DNA of 64,000 nucleotides from Ostrea edulis (Eukaryota). The stretch is taken from NCBI RefSeq assembly GCF_947568905.1, contig NC_079172.1, forward strand, positions 62,372,001 to 62,436,000. Reading direction: 5' to 3'. The translations under genes and the position numbers were made by a program. The notes beneath the pieces were generated by a model. That model worked only from the letters and a program-made list of their open reading frames with translations, was not told the DNA's origin and made no database searches. The stretch's first letter is position 1; every line of letters starts with the position of its first letter. Of this stretch, positions 14,001 through 29,000 are shown one piece after another.

Positions 14001-17000
14001 ATGCACAAAGTTTAATTCAATAAAGATTTTTGCAAAATCCAATGACATCATATGAGGATCAATCAACCTTAAGTATGAAATCTTCTTTGTTGATCATTGA
14101 ACGCCATCGTCTTTCTCATCCACGAACAGCAAAATAAGCGTGGAACTGATTCTGATAAAAACCACAATGCATACACATGTAGATGACTTAAAAGGATTAA
14201 CCTTGTTGAATACCAGATAAGTATACTTCTCAGGTGTTTTTCATTTTGTTATTCTTGTTACAGCTGTTTTTGAAGTAAAGAAATCTATCGACTTTCACGC
14301 CGAAATTCCTTTGCCAAGTACCCTCCTACACACTTTACGCCAAACGCGGCAATATGACTTCATTCATGACGTCATAGAAGAAATTGCCTACGAGTAAGTT
14401 TTTAAAAACTTCTTTTTCATAAATAGTGTCCTCATTTTGAAAAGCTTGTTTCCAAACACTTTAAGCATTATTTTAGATATTTATAGACAGTGCACAAACT
14501 CATATATTTATAGACAGCGCACAAACTCTGAGATGTTTATAGACAACGCTCAAACTCTTAGATATTTATAGACAGTGTGCAAACTCTTAGATATTTATAG
14601 ATAGCTCACATGGTCTTAAATATTTATAGACAACGCTCAAACTCTTCGATATTTATAGACAACGCTCAAACTCTTACATATTTATAGACAACGCACAAAC
14701 TCTTAGATATTTATAGACAACGCTAAAGCTCTTAGATATCTATAGACAGCGTGCAAACTCATAGATATCTATAGACAGCGTGCAAACTCTTAGATATTTA
14801 TAGATAGCGCGCAAAGTCTTAAATATTTATAGACAACACTCAAACTCTTAGATATTTATAGACAATGATCAAACTCTTACATATTTATAGACAACGCACA
14901 AACTCTTTGGTATTTATACACAACGCTAAAGCTCTTAGATATCAATAGACAGCGTGCAAACTCTTAGATAATTATAAATAGCGCGCAAACTCTTAGATAT
15001 TTATAGACAGTGTGCAAACTCTTAGATATTTATAGACAGTACACAAACTCTTAGATATTTATATAATGCGTGCAAACTATTAGATATTTATAGACAACAC
15101 GCAAAGTCTTATATATTTATAGACAGCGCGCAAACTCTTAGATACTTATAAACAGCGTACAAGTAGACAGCGCACAAACTCTTAGGTATTTATAGACAGC
15201 GTGTAAACTCTTAGATATTTATAGACAGTACACAAATAAATAACGCACAGACTCTTAGATATTTATAGACAGCGCGCAAACTCTTAGATATTTATAGACA
15301 TTACACAAACTCTTAGATGATTATAGACAGTTCACAAATAGACAGTGCACAAATTCTTAGATATTCATAGACAGCACGCAAACTCTTAGATATTTATAGA
15401 CAGTGTTCAAAGTCTTAGATATTTATAAACAGCACACAAACTCTTAGATATTTATAGACAGCGCACAAACTCTTAAATATTTATAGAATGCGTGCAAACT
15501 GTTAGATATTTATAGGCAATGCGCAAAGTCTTATATATTTATAGACAGCGTGCAAACTCTTAGATACATGTACTTATAGACAGCGTACAAATAGAATGCA
15601 CAAACTCTTAGGTATTTATAGACAGTGCGCAAACTCTTAGATATTTATGAATAGCACGCGAACTCTTAAGTACTTATAGATAACGCTCAAACTCTTAGAT
15701 ATCCATAGACAACGCTCAAACTCTTAGATATTTATAGACAGTGCACAAACTCTTAGATGATTATAGACAGCACACAAATAGACAACGCACATACTCTTAG
15801 ATATTTATAGACAGCGCGCAAACTCTTAGAAATTTATGGACAGAGCTCAAAGTCTTATATATTAATGGACAACGCTCAAACTCTGAGATATTGATAGACA
15901 GCGTGCAAACTCTTAGATATTTATATACAGCGCACAATATTTTAGATATTTATAGCCAACGCTCAAACTCTTAGATATTGATAGACAGCGTGCAAACTCT
16001 TAGATATTTATATACAGCGCACAATATTTTAGATATTTATAGACAACGCTCAAACTCTTAGATATTTATAGACAACGCACAAACTTTTAGATATTTATAG
16101 ACAGTGTGCAAACTCTTAGATATTTATAGACAGCGCGCAAACTCTTAGATATTTATAGACAACGCACAAACTTTTACATATTTATAGACAGTGTGCAAAC
16201 TGTTAGATATTTATAGACAGCGCGCAAATAGACAGTGCACAAACTCTTATAGGTGATTATAGACAGACTCTTAGATATTTATAGACAGCACACTAATAAA
16301 CAGTGCAGAAACTCTTAGGTATTTATAGACAGCGCTAACTCTTAGATATTCATAGACAATGCTCAAAGTCTTAGAAATCAATAGACAGCGAGCATACCCT
16401 TAGATATTTATAGACAGTGCACAAATAGACAGCGCACAAAGTCTTAGATATTTATAGACAGCGCGCAAACTCTTAGATCATTATAGACAGCTGACAAACA
16501 GACAGCGTACAAATTCTTAGATATTTGTAGATAGCGCGCGAACTCTTAGATGCACGTATTTATAGAAAGCGCGTGAACTCTTAGATATTTATAGAGAGTA
16601 CCAAAACGCTTAGATGATTATAGACAGCTCACAAATAGACAGTGCACAAACTCTTAGATATTTATAGACAGCGCGCAAACTATTAGGAATTTATAAACAG
16701 TGGTCAAAGTCTTAGATATTTATAGACAGCGCGCAAACTCTTAGTTATCTATAGACAGTGCGCAAACTCTTAGATATTTATAGACAGCGCGCAAACTCTT
16801 AGATATTTATAGACAGCGCGCAAACTCTTAGATATTTATAGGCAGCGCGCAAACTCTTAGATATTTATAGACAGTGGTCAAAGTCTTAGATATTTATAGA
16901 CAGCAAGCAAACTCTTAGATATTTATAAACAGCGCACAAACTCTTTGATATTTATAGACAGCTCACAAATAGACAACACACAAACTCTTAGGTATTTATA

Positions 17001-20000
17001 GACAGTGCTCAAACTCTTAGATATTTATAGACAGCGCGCAAACTCTTAGAAATTTATAAACAGTGGTCAAAGTCTTAGATATTTATAGACAGTGCTCAAA
17101 CTCTTAAATATTTATAGAATGTGTGCAAACTGTTAGATATTTATAGACAAAGCGCAAATTCTTATATATTTATAGACAGCGCGCAAAATCTTAGATACTT
17201 ATAAAGAGCCTACAAATAGAATGCATAAACTCTTAGGTATTTATAGACAGTGCGCAAACTCTTAGATGTTTATGAATAGCACGCAAACTTTTAAGTACTT
17301 ATAGATAACGCTCAAACTCTTAGATATTTATAGACAGTGCACAAACTCTTAGATGATTATAGACAGCACACAAATAGACAACGCACAGACTCTTAGATAT
17401 TTATAGACAGCGTGTAAACTCTTAGAAATTTATGGACAGAGCGCAAAGTCTTAGATATTAATGGACAACGCTCAAACTCTGAGATATTGATAGACAGTGC
17501 GCAAACTCTTAGATATTTATATACAGCGCAGAATATTTTAGGTATTTATAGACAATGCTCAAACTCTTAGATATTTATAGACAACGCACAAACTTTTAGA
17601 TATTTATAGACAGTGTGCAAACTCTTAGATATTTATAGACAGCGCGCAAACTCTTATAGGTGATTATAGACAGACTCTTAGATATTTATAGACAGCACAC
17701 TAATAAACAGTGCAGAAACTCTTAGGTATTTATAGACAGCGCTAACTCTTAGATATTCATAGACAATGCTCAAAGTCTTAGAAATCTATAGACAGCGCGC
17801 ATACCCTTAGATATTTATAGACAGTGCACAAATAGACAGCGCACAAAGTCTTAGATATTTATAGACAGCGCGCAAACTCTTAGATCATTAGAGACAGCTG
17901 ACAAATAGACAGCGTACAAACTCTTAGATATTTATAGAAAGCGCGCGAACTCTTAGATATTTATAGAGAGTACAAAAACGCTTAGATGATTATAGACAGC
18001 GCACAAACTCTTAGCTATTTATAGACAGCGCGCAAACTCTTAGAAATTTATAAACAGTGGTCAAAGTCTTAGATATTTATAGACAGCAAGCAAACTCTTC
18101 GATATTTATAGACAGCGCACAAACTCTTAGATATTTATAGACAACGCTCAAACTCTTTGATATCTATAGACAGCGCACAAATAGACAATGCACAAACTCT
18201 AAGATATTTATAAACAGTGCTCAAAGTCTCAGATATTTATAGATAGCGCACATACTCTTATATATTTATAGAATTCGTGCAAACTGTTAGATATTTATAG
18301 ACAACACGCAAAGTCTTCTATATTTATAGACAGCGCGCAAACTCTTAGATACTTATAGACAGCGTACAAATAGACAGTGCACAAACTCTTATGTATTTAT
18401 AGACAGCGCGCAAACTCTTAGATATCTATGAATAGCACGCAAACTCCTAAGTATTTATAGGCAACGCTCAAATTCTTAGATATTCAAACACAAAGCTCAA
18501 ACTCTTAGATATTTATAGACAGTGCACAAACTCTTAGATGATTATAGACAGCACAGAAATAGACAACGCACAAACTCTTAGATATTTATAGACAGTGCAC
18601 AAACTCTTAGATATTTATAGACAGTGCACAAACTCTTAGATATTTATAGACAGCGCGCAAACTCTTAGAAATTTATAAACAGTGGTCAAAGACTTAGATA
18701 TTTATAGACAGCAAGCAAACTCTTAGATATTTATAGATAACGCTCACAAATAGACAACGCACAAATTCTTAGATATTTATAGATAACGTGCAAACTCTTA
18801 GATATTTATAGACAGCGCGCAATCTCATAAATATTTATAAACAGTGCTCAAAGTCTTCGATATTCATAGACAGCGCACAAACTCTTAAATATTTATAGAA
18901 TACATGCAAACTCTTAGATATTTATAAACAATGCGCAAAGTCTTATATATTTATAGACAGCGCGCAAATTCTTAGATACTTATAGACAGCGTACAAATAG
19001 ACAACTCACAAACTCTTAGGTATTTATAGACAGTGCGCAAACTCTTAGATATTTATGAATAGCATGCTAACTCTTAAGTACTTATAGATAACGCTCAAAC
19101 TCTTAGATATCCATAGACAACGCTCATACTCTTAGATGATTATAGACAGCACACAAATAGACAGTTCACAAACTCTTAGATATTTATAGAATACATGCAA
19201 ACTGTTAGATATTCATAGATAGAGTGCAAAGTCTTAAATATTTATAGACAACGTTTAAACTCTTAGAAATTTATAGACAGAGCGCAAAGTCTTAGATATT
19301 TATGGACAACGTTCAAAATCTGAGATATTGATAGACAGCGCGCAAACTCTTAAGTATTTATAGACGGTGCTCAAAGTCTTAGATATTTATAGATAGCGCA
19401 CAAACTCTTAGATATTTATAGACAACGCTCAAACTCTTAGATATTTATAGACAGCATACAGACTCTTAGATATTTATAGACAGTACACAAAATCTTTGAT
19501 ATTTATAGACAACGCTCAAAGTCTTAGATATTTATAGACAGTACACAAACTTTCAGATGATTATAGACAGCGCACAAATAGACAGTACACACACTCTTAA
19601 ATATTAATAGACAGCGTACAAACTGTTAGATGTTTATAGGCAGCGTGCAAAGTCTTGGATATTTATAGACAGAGCTCTAACTCTTAAATATATAAAGACA
19701 TCCGCAAACTCTTAGATATATATAGACAGTGCAGAAATAGACAGCGCTCAAACTCTTAGATATTTATAGACAGCGCGCAAACTCTTAGATATCAATAGAC
19801 AGCGCACAAACTGTTAGATGTTTATAGACAGCGTGCAAAGTCCTAGATATTTGTAGACAACGCCCAAACTCTTAGATATTTACAGACAGCGCACAAAGTG
19901 TTAGGTATTTATAGACAGCGCGCAAAGTCTTAGATATTTATAGATAACGTTCAAACTCTTGGATATTTATAGACAACGCTCAAACTCTTAGATATTTATA

Positions 20001-23000
20001 GACAGCGTACAAACTCTTAGATATTTACAGACAGCGCACAAAGTGTTAGATATTTATAGACAGCGCGCAAAGTCTTAGATATTTATAGATAACGTTCAAA
20101 CTCCTGGATATTTATAGACAACGCTCAAACTCTTAGATATTTATAGACAGCGTACACACTCTTAGATATTTATAGACAGTGCACAAACTCTTAGATGATT
20201 ATAGACAACGCACAATTAGACAGTGCACAAACTCTTAGATATTTATAGACAGCGTGCAAACTCTTAGATATTTATAGACTACGCGCAATCCCATTAAGCA
20301 TTATTTTAGATATTTATAGACAAAGCACAATCTTAAATGAGATGTAGGTAACTTTCTTTTATTCATGGATCATCCTCTTGATTTCCCTGTATAAGTATAT
20401 GATGACTCTAATATTGTTAAACTTATCATGAAATCAATAATATAACGCTACAAAGCCCAAAATTAATAACGTAATTCATATTACAAAAATATAGACCCTA
20501 GTCACATCAAAGAACAAATATAGAAGATATATTAATGTTTTATTTATACTCAGTTTGACGAATTCGGATCACCTTTTTTATACTCATAAGTGTCAACGAA
20601 TTTGCATGGCCTTGTAAATCGACAAGTGCAGAGGCGCTGTAAAATCACTACTGAAAAATGAATCTAATAGAAATTACTTTGAAGAAGATAATTTCTGCAG
20701 ACGTTTGAAATAAACATAAAATTGATAGACTGACTGGAAAACTGAAATATTTTAAAGTCCAGGAACTGTTTTACGACACTGTCGTAAATGATTGAAAGGT
20801 AAAGATTTGTTTGAAAGATAGACCACACATTAGGGTTGTTTTTATATAGAAAATTTAGAGAGAGTTGATCATTCCGATGCTCATTTTTAAAACGTTTTGC
20901 AGAGAAAATACAACTTCCGCAGATCTGATTGAAAATGATGAGTTCCTAATCCCGCTACATCTAAAGTTCACAGAGACAGACTGTCAACTGGGGTTATCGC
21001 ACGGACAGTGTAGTGATGACCAATATCGTTCATTGGACGGCTCCTGCAATAACATGGTGTATCCTACCTGGGGAATGTCAGGCCAGGTGCTACGCCGATA
21101 TCTCTCTCCCGGGTACCACGATGGTCAGTCTTCAATGTCCGATGACGTAATGCATTCTGGGATAAATCCGCTCAACATGTGGCAAAGTTGTTCCCGCCAT
21201 TTCGTTAGTTCTCAGAAAAAACTATTGTACCCTCATTTAGACCAGGAAAATCAAACTTCCTATACGAATATATAAAAAATTGTATGTGTATGCTATACTA
21301 GGTAACGGGAATTAAGTTTCTTACAAGAGCTGAAAAATATCTTGGCGTTTTAAAAAAGGATTTTCACAGTAATTGGTCATTTCTATTTAGAATTTCTGAA
21401 TATTCATACAAATATTGTATCTAACGATAGCAAATTTTTTAAGTGGAAAATCAAAATAAATTTCCATAGGATATTGCTAATTGATAAAATCTCAAAGGAA
21501 ACGTTAACATATTTTTCCTTAAGAATTTGTTTTTCAAGATGAATGTATAATGTACAATTTGACAGGTTATATTCTCAGATGGCAGCTTTAATTTTCTCGA
21601 GAATTAAATGTATGACAAGGTCGAAATTGTCATTTGGATTTCGCAGTTTGATAAATTACAAATAGAACCAGGGGAATAATGAATGAAGAATTAATAAAAT
21701 GACGAAGGAAATTGTCAATTCATGTTTTCATTTCAAATATATTTACGGTCTTTTGTCAAAGCACGGCGCATTTTCATCGTCATTGGAGCAATTTTGTTAA
21801 ACCTAAAAACGAATTTAAATCCTCAACGAAAAAAAAAAAAGAAATTAAAAAAATCAGGAACAACCGTCCCTGTCGCAAAATCAAATCCCCGCAAATAAGC
21901 TGGTTTTCTGGCGAATTGAAAATTTTACCTCCACAAAAATAGGGATTTTACAGAGTTTTTTTTACCATACGAACCACATATTTTCATCTTATACATACAT
22001 TATGTATCTTGTACCTGTTGTCAGCGACTGCCTGGTATCATGAAACATACATGTAGGTGCTCAACAGAAGAAAGGGCATGGAACTATTACTTACATGTGC
22101 TTTAATTGTTTCTATTTTTAGGGGTAGAAATGGCAATCTCGCTGGACATTACAGGGGAACCACTTCCTAGCGCCAGGGAGATAAGTAATTATATACACAG
22201 AGAGGGTGACGTCATGGAAATGGACCCAGTCCTCAGCGTCATGGTGATGCAATGGGGACAGTTTTTGGAGCATGACATTTTGTCAGTTCCTGTTTACAGG
22301 GGTACGCACGCTCTGCACGTTCTACATGCTATTTATGGTAACGGATTGATATTTTAATGTTTTGCACGCGCAGATGTGACTGAGATCACAATATGACTGC
22401 ACTCGATGAAATGGATACACGTGCATTATTCTGCACGAGAAGATTATGCTGATTATAGATATAAGTTTGCAACATTGTATTTGTATTGAAGGTCCAATGC
22501 TGAATTTCTAATTCCATGAATTATGCATTTGTTTGATCTGAATATTTGCTGAAAGAAAGATAGGTAAAACATTATTAGACATTAAAATCACAGGCATCTG
22601 AAGTGTGGATAGCTTGTATAGATCTTATGCACGGAACAACCCCCCCCCCCCCTCTAGAATGAAATTATTTTATACAGAACCAAAAATGTATTCAAAATAT
22701 GTTATTTCCCCACCGATCACCCTCACGAGTCGTTCTGAATAGTCAGTTTGTACCTTCTGTAAGCTTTAGAGATGATCACTTGTGATATACTAATATATGT
22801 AAAGGTGTGTACAAATCATGTAAACAAACAGGGGGCTACCTACTTCGAGATCGATTCACGGTGTATAAACCAACTTTATCAAAGGAATTTCTGCAAATAT
22901 GTCGTCAGACTAATGCAGATCTACTTGTGTTTTTCGTCTGAACACCATGCCATCCGTTTTATTTGTCGTATTCTGCCATTTATTTCATCGTACCTGAGCT

Positions 23001-26000
23001 TTTACGCCCATTGACAACCTTAGAGGAAATTTTGACATCACTTTGAGTCTCACGTTATCTGATTGGCTCTTCAATCATCCAACCACCTCGGCATTTTTCT
23101 TAGCAATGAACAAAAATATATGAAAGAGCTTTTTAAGATTTGTCAAAGGAGCATGGTTTTAAACACGAAAATAACTAATAGGAATATCAACTCAGATTAT
23201 TTCTTTGTAAAAAGCTAGTTTTGATACATAACTTTACAGAATTAATTATTTGAAGATGATATTCAATCGAAATTATTTCAGCTGAAATGCTTATCTGAAG
23301 TACATTTTAGAAAAATGACGCAAGTGCAAGCCAATCCGATAACGCGAGACGCAAAGTGATGTCTCGACCTCCTTTAAGGCTGTCAATGGACATAAAAGCT
23401 TGGGTACGATGAGATAAATGGCAGAATACGGCAAATAAAACGGATGGCATGGATTTAGACAAAAGACATAAGTAGAACTACATTACCCTGACGAGATATT
23501 TGCAGAAATTTCTTCGATAAAGTTGGTTTATACCCTGTGAATCGGTCTCGAAGCAGGCAGCCCCCTGTCTGTTTACATGATTTGTTGCACACCTTTACAT
23601 ATACAAATATTAGTCACAGGGGCTTGTTTGTCAGATATTGAAGTTTTGTATTATTTGTTCTTGAATAATATATAAATAAAATCCACCACCCAAACCCGCT
23701 CTTTTTGTCGTTTTAAAAAAGGTATGTCATATGTACATTAAAAAAGTTCCTTTTTAATGTACATATGATATACCTTTTATAAAACGACAAAAAGAGCGGG
23801 TTTGGGTGGTGGATTTTATTTACATATTATTCAAGAACAAATAATACAAAACTTCAATATCTGACAACCGAGCCCCTGTGATGTTAGTATATCACAAGTG
23901 GTCATCTCTAAAGCTTACAGAAGGTACAAACTGACTAATCAGAACAAGTGGTCATCTCTAAAGCTTACAGAAGGTACAAACTGACTAATCAGAACGACTC
24001 GTGAGGGTGATCGGTGGGGGAGTAACATATTTTGGATACATTTTTGGTTCTGTATAAAATAATTTCATTCTGGAAAGAGGTGAGGTATGTACATTAGATA
24101 TATACAAGCCATCCATACTTCAGGTGCCTGTGATTAAGATACATAATCTATAGATATATTTCAGTTGTATTGATTGATTTTCAGACAAGAACGGTGAGAC
24201 TCTGGACTGCTGTGGAACACACAGAAACTAGTAAGCAAAACAAAAACTAAGTTCTGATGTCTATTATGGTTCTGTCAATTTCCAATACAAAGAAATGTTC
24301 GGCTGACCCAAAGTCTATGCTGAAAAGTGAAAAATCTTCAAATTGAGGTGTGGTTTTTTTAATTCACAGGGCCAATTAAGACCCTAAGTGAACCTTTCCC
24401 TTTCTTCAAAATTTCAAATTAAATACATCCCGTGGGGATCCGGGTTAGAATAGGTCCTCAGTATGCCTTGCTTGTCGTAAGAGGCGATTAAATGGGGCGG
24501 TCCTTCGGATGAGATCGCAAACACCGAGGTCCTGTGTCACAGCAGGTGTGGCACGATGAAGATCCCTCCCTGCTCAAAGGCCGTAAGCGCCGAGCATAGG
24601 CCTAAATTTTGCAGGGCTTATGAGTGAAAAATTCTCGAGCGGGACGTTAAACAATATTCAATCAATCTTCAATCAAATTAAGTACTGCCATTTTTACCCT
24701 TTCAATTAATTGCTGTCATTTTTATACTTTAAAGTGACATATCTTTTTCAGCCGTGAATGTTTCTCTATAAAAGTCCCTCAGACTGACCCGTTCTACAAG
24801 ACTGACTGTATTCCGGTCGCGCGTTCAGCACCAGGTGTTGGTCCTATGTGCTACACGAGTGAGTGCATTCTAATTCTATAATTCACACGTTAATGTATGT
24901 GGAATGTATTGCATTTTATCACAAGTGAAACGATTGTCTCAATATTTCTTAAGTAAGAACGTGTTTTATCTTTATTCGTTGAACACAATTTTTTCATGGT
25001 TTTCGTGGAGAAGTTGATGCACTAAATGATCAACGAATAAAAATCTGAAAGCGAGAGAATGCAACTTAATTGTTCGCAGATTTACGTTTCAACCAAACTA
25101 TGCTCTTTGTCACAACCTTAGACTCTGAAGCTCACAAAAAGTGTATTGTATATACTTAGTCTATTATATTCTTTTAAAAAAGGATAACATCGAAATGTAT
25201 AAATGAATACACAAAGAAATTGTCAGTAAATCAATTCATTATATTACATACATTATGTTACATGTTTTGGTTTTAATGGTACCAGTAAATCATAATTCGT
25301 TACATTACATGTTTTGGTTTTAATGGTACCAGTAAATCATAATTCGTTACATTACATCTATTGATTTTAATGGTACCTTGCACATCATTTCAGCAAAGAG
25401 AGAACAGCTGAACCAGGCTACGGCTTACATCGATGGCTCACATCTGTATGGGACAGATACGGATACACTTAAGCAATTAGTGGATCCCAGTAATGGTAAG
25501 AAAACCGAGGCTTATAACTGTGTACGTATTCCTATATCAAGAGTTCATATACCTGTACACGAGTTCATACACCTGTATACGAGTTCATACACCGGTACAT
25601 GAGTTCATACACCTGTACACGAGTTCATACACCGGTACACGAGTTCATACACCGGTACACGAGTTCATACACCTGTACACGAGTTCATACACCGGTACAC
25701 GAGTTCATACACCGGTACACGAGTTCATACACCTAAACACGAGTTCATACACCGGTATACGAGTTCATACACCTGTACACGAGTTCATACCCCAGTACAC
25801 GAATTCATTCACCGGTACACGAGTTCATACACCGGTACACGAGTTCATACACTGGTACACGAGTTCATACACCTGTACACGAGTTCATACACCTGTACAC
25901 GAGTTCATACACCTGTATACACCGGTACACGAGTTCCTTTACCCAGACACTGGCTCGCACAACTATACAGAAATTCTTCCACCTTTACGTTAGTTTTTTT

Positions 26001-29000
26001 TTACACATGTACATACACCGATACATGAGTACATACACCGGTACACGAGTTCATACACCGGTACACGAGTTCATACACCTGTACACGAGTTCATACACCT
26101 GTACACGAGTTTATACACCTAAACACGAGTTCATACACCGGTACACGAGTTCATACACTTGTACACGAGTTCATACCCCAGTACACGAATTCATTCACCG
26201 GTACACGAGTTCATACACCGGTACACGAGTTCATACACTGGTACACGAGTTCATACACCTGTACACGAGTTCATACACCTGTACACGAGTTCATACACCG
26301 GTACATGAGTTCATACACCTGTACACGAGTTTATACACCTAAACACGAGTTCATACACCGGTACACGAGTTCATACACTTGTACACGAGTTCATACCCCA
26401 GTACACGAATTCATTCATCGGTACACGAGTTCATACACCGGTACACGAGTTCATACACTGGTACACGAGTTCATACACCTGTACACGAGTTCATACACCT
26501 GTACACGAGTTCATACACCTAAACACGAGTTCATACACCGGTACACGAGTTCATACACTTGTACACGAGTTCATACCCCAGTACACGAATTCATTCATCG
26601 GTACACGAGTTCATACACCGGTACACGAGTTCATACACTGGTACACGAGTTCATACACCTGTACACGAGTTCATACACCTGTACACGAGTTCATACACCT
26701 GTATACACCGGTACACGAGTTCCTTTACCCAGACACTGGCTCGCACAACTATACAGAAATTCTTACACCTTTACGTTAGTTTTTTTTTTTTACACATGTA
26801 CATACACCGGTACATGAGTACATACACCGGTACATGAGTACATACACCGGTACATGAGTTCATACTCCTGTCCACTAGTTCGTACATCTATGGACATTTT
26901 TGTTATAAACTGGTACAGACGTTTTTTTACACCTGTAACAGGAAGGAAGAAAATGCAACGAACCAGACCGGGTTTCGAACCCGGTCCCCCTGAATCTCTA
27001 GTCAGGTACTCTACCAACTGAGCTAACTGGCCACCGGCGATCGAATCCGGCTGACCGCTACATTTTCTTCCTTCCTGTTACATTTGGTGCCGTAGACCAG
27101 CCCCTGGAACTGACAGGTGAAAATGCCTGCCAGGGGATAAAGATCCTAGGTTGATGTCTTCAAGTGTTGATACATTTTAAAAGGAGGGCGGAAAGAAGCG
27201 GTCAGTCGGGTTCGATCGCCGGTGGCCATATAGCTCAGTTGGTAGAGCACCTGACTAGAGATTCAGGGGGCCCGGGTTCGAATCCCGGTCTGGTCCGTTG
27301 CATTTTCTCCCTTCCTGTTACACACATGTGCACGAGTTCGAACACCTGTGCATGAGTTATTACATCTTTACACGAGTTTTTACATCTATATAGACGTTTT
27401 TACATTTGTGCAAGGTTCTTAAACCTATGCACGATTTTTTACAAGTGAATGTATGCAGACCACCTCGGCAGGAGCGATAATTAGGCGTTAGACATTCAGC
27501 TGTGGACTTTAAACGAGGTATCATCAGACATTTTCACACATGAAAATGAAATTTCCCAGTTGATATTTGAAACAAGTCAAATACAAAAAGATGTCTTTTA
27601 ACCTTTGCGTATTTGATTTTGCTTAGCGTTTATTTTTACAGTAGCTTGATGAACGGAATCTATGACTTTTGGTACGCATCTAATTGACAAGGATTACGCA
27701 GTGTTTAGATGAAAACATTGATATTTCTTTTTGTTTTGTTTTTAAATGAAACATAATGACGGAAAGGAGGGTAGGTTAAATGTATGAGGATAGTCCGCGT
27801 GTGTGATATTTAGAATCAGAGGAGAGGAAATGAAAATGCCCATTACTGCCGAACATCTAACATCCTCATGGAATCAGTTATCAATTCCAGGCTCCAATCA
27901 CGACCAAATTAATGTCTGAAATAAATAAATTCCATAATCCATAAATGCTGTTAATATAGCGCAAAGGGAAATAGAGAACGGATTCAGTAGATATTTTTCA
28001 AACATTTATGGTGGATTTAAAATGTTTGATGAGAAGATATAGGGGAATGCCCGTGTTGTCGGGACTGCCTTTTTTTTAACAGTTCATTGGTTCACTATGT
28101 GTAGGAGCATAATTCATAACAGCATTCCGGGTGTTTTAAAAAATCAGTTGATGCACTTTTTAAATTAATGTTCTTCGTTTAATTTGTGACGTGTGTCCAT
28201 GTTTCAGGGTATATTTTATTTACCACTGCTACCCCCGTTATGATTGCCCAATGTTTTTTGTTCTTCTTCCCTAGACTAGAAATAATTCGTACTTGACAGA
28301 TAGAGTATCATGTCTCATTGGATGGTCGTGAACGTTGCTCTGAAGTCGTTATTCAGGGTTTTGTTACTGGTTTTTTAATACTAGTTCAAGTCTACCATCC
28401 ACAGCGAACACTTCGTTCTGCGCATTCGTTATACCTTCTAAAGCCACGCGCTCGTACTACTGTCATTCTCTCACCAGAGGGCGCGTTACGCAAGCTTCAC
28501 CTACACACATGTAATGGGAGGAGCGCACGGAACTCTGGGTAGAGAATGCTAAACTGTATGGCAAAAGACGATTTGATGTTTCTTCATCAACTTTATGGAA
28601 CTGTTCCCGTTGGATCTTCGTGTCGAGGGTTCATTAGCTGTTCCTAAAAACAAACTTAACATATATCTTGCATATACTTGCATTTAATCTGTAATTGGGT
28701 GTTAAGGTATACAGCTATTTTAAAAAAATTAACAAAAACAAAAGCCCACCTCAGTTTCAGTATTGTTTTATGCCTTTTTCTATGTATTTATTGTTCTTTG
28801 CTTTAGTTTGATTTTATTGTTTTACATGTAAATCGCTTTAGAGTAATTGTCTTAATTAGATAAAGCGCTATATAATTGTATATTATTATTAATAATAATA
28901 TCTTTTTGTCTTAGTTTATATTGTGGAGATCTAATTTACAGGGAAACTGAAAGTAAACGGACAGAACATGATTCCCTCCCCTGACCCCGCCGTAGAAAAC

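Noticed and set aside
24440-24495. HDV-like ribozyme tail (GCTTGTCGTAAGAGGCGATTAA)
   Set aside because: I could not build P1-P3 by hand, and the position that would be the catalytic C is T in this copy.
25493-26837. His/Thr/Tyr-rich ORFs up to 170 aa
   Set aside because: These arise because the 20-bp satellite unit lacks + strand stops. They lie in intron 7, and read-through from exon 7 stops at 25602.
3395-26862. Regular repeat arrays as CRISPR
   Set aside because: Units are contiguous with no unique spacers, there are no cas genes, and the context is eukaryotic and intronic.
27224-27296. tRNA gene
   Set aside because: The anticodon loop is 8 nt, the acceptor stem is poor, and it is embedded in an LTR with PBS and PPT; it is tRNA-derived, not a tRNA.
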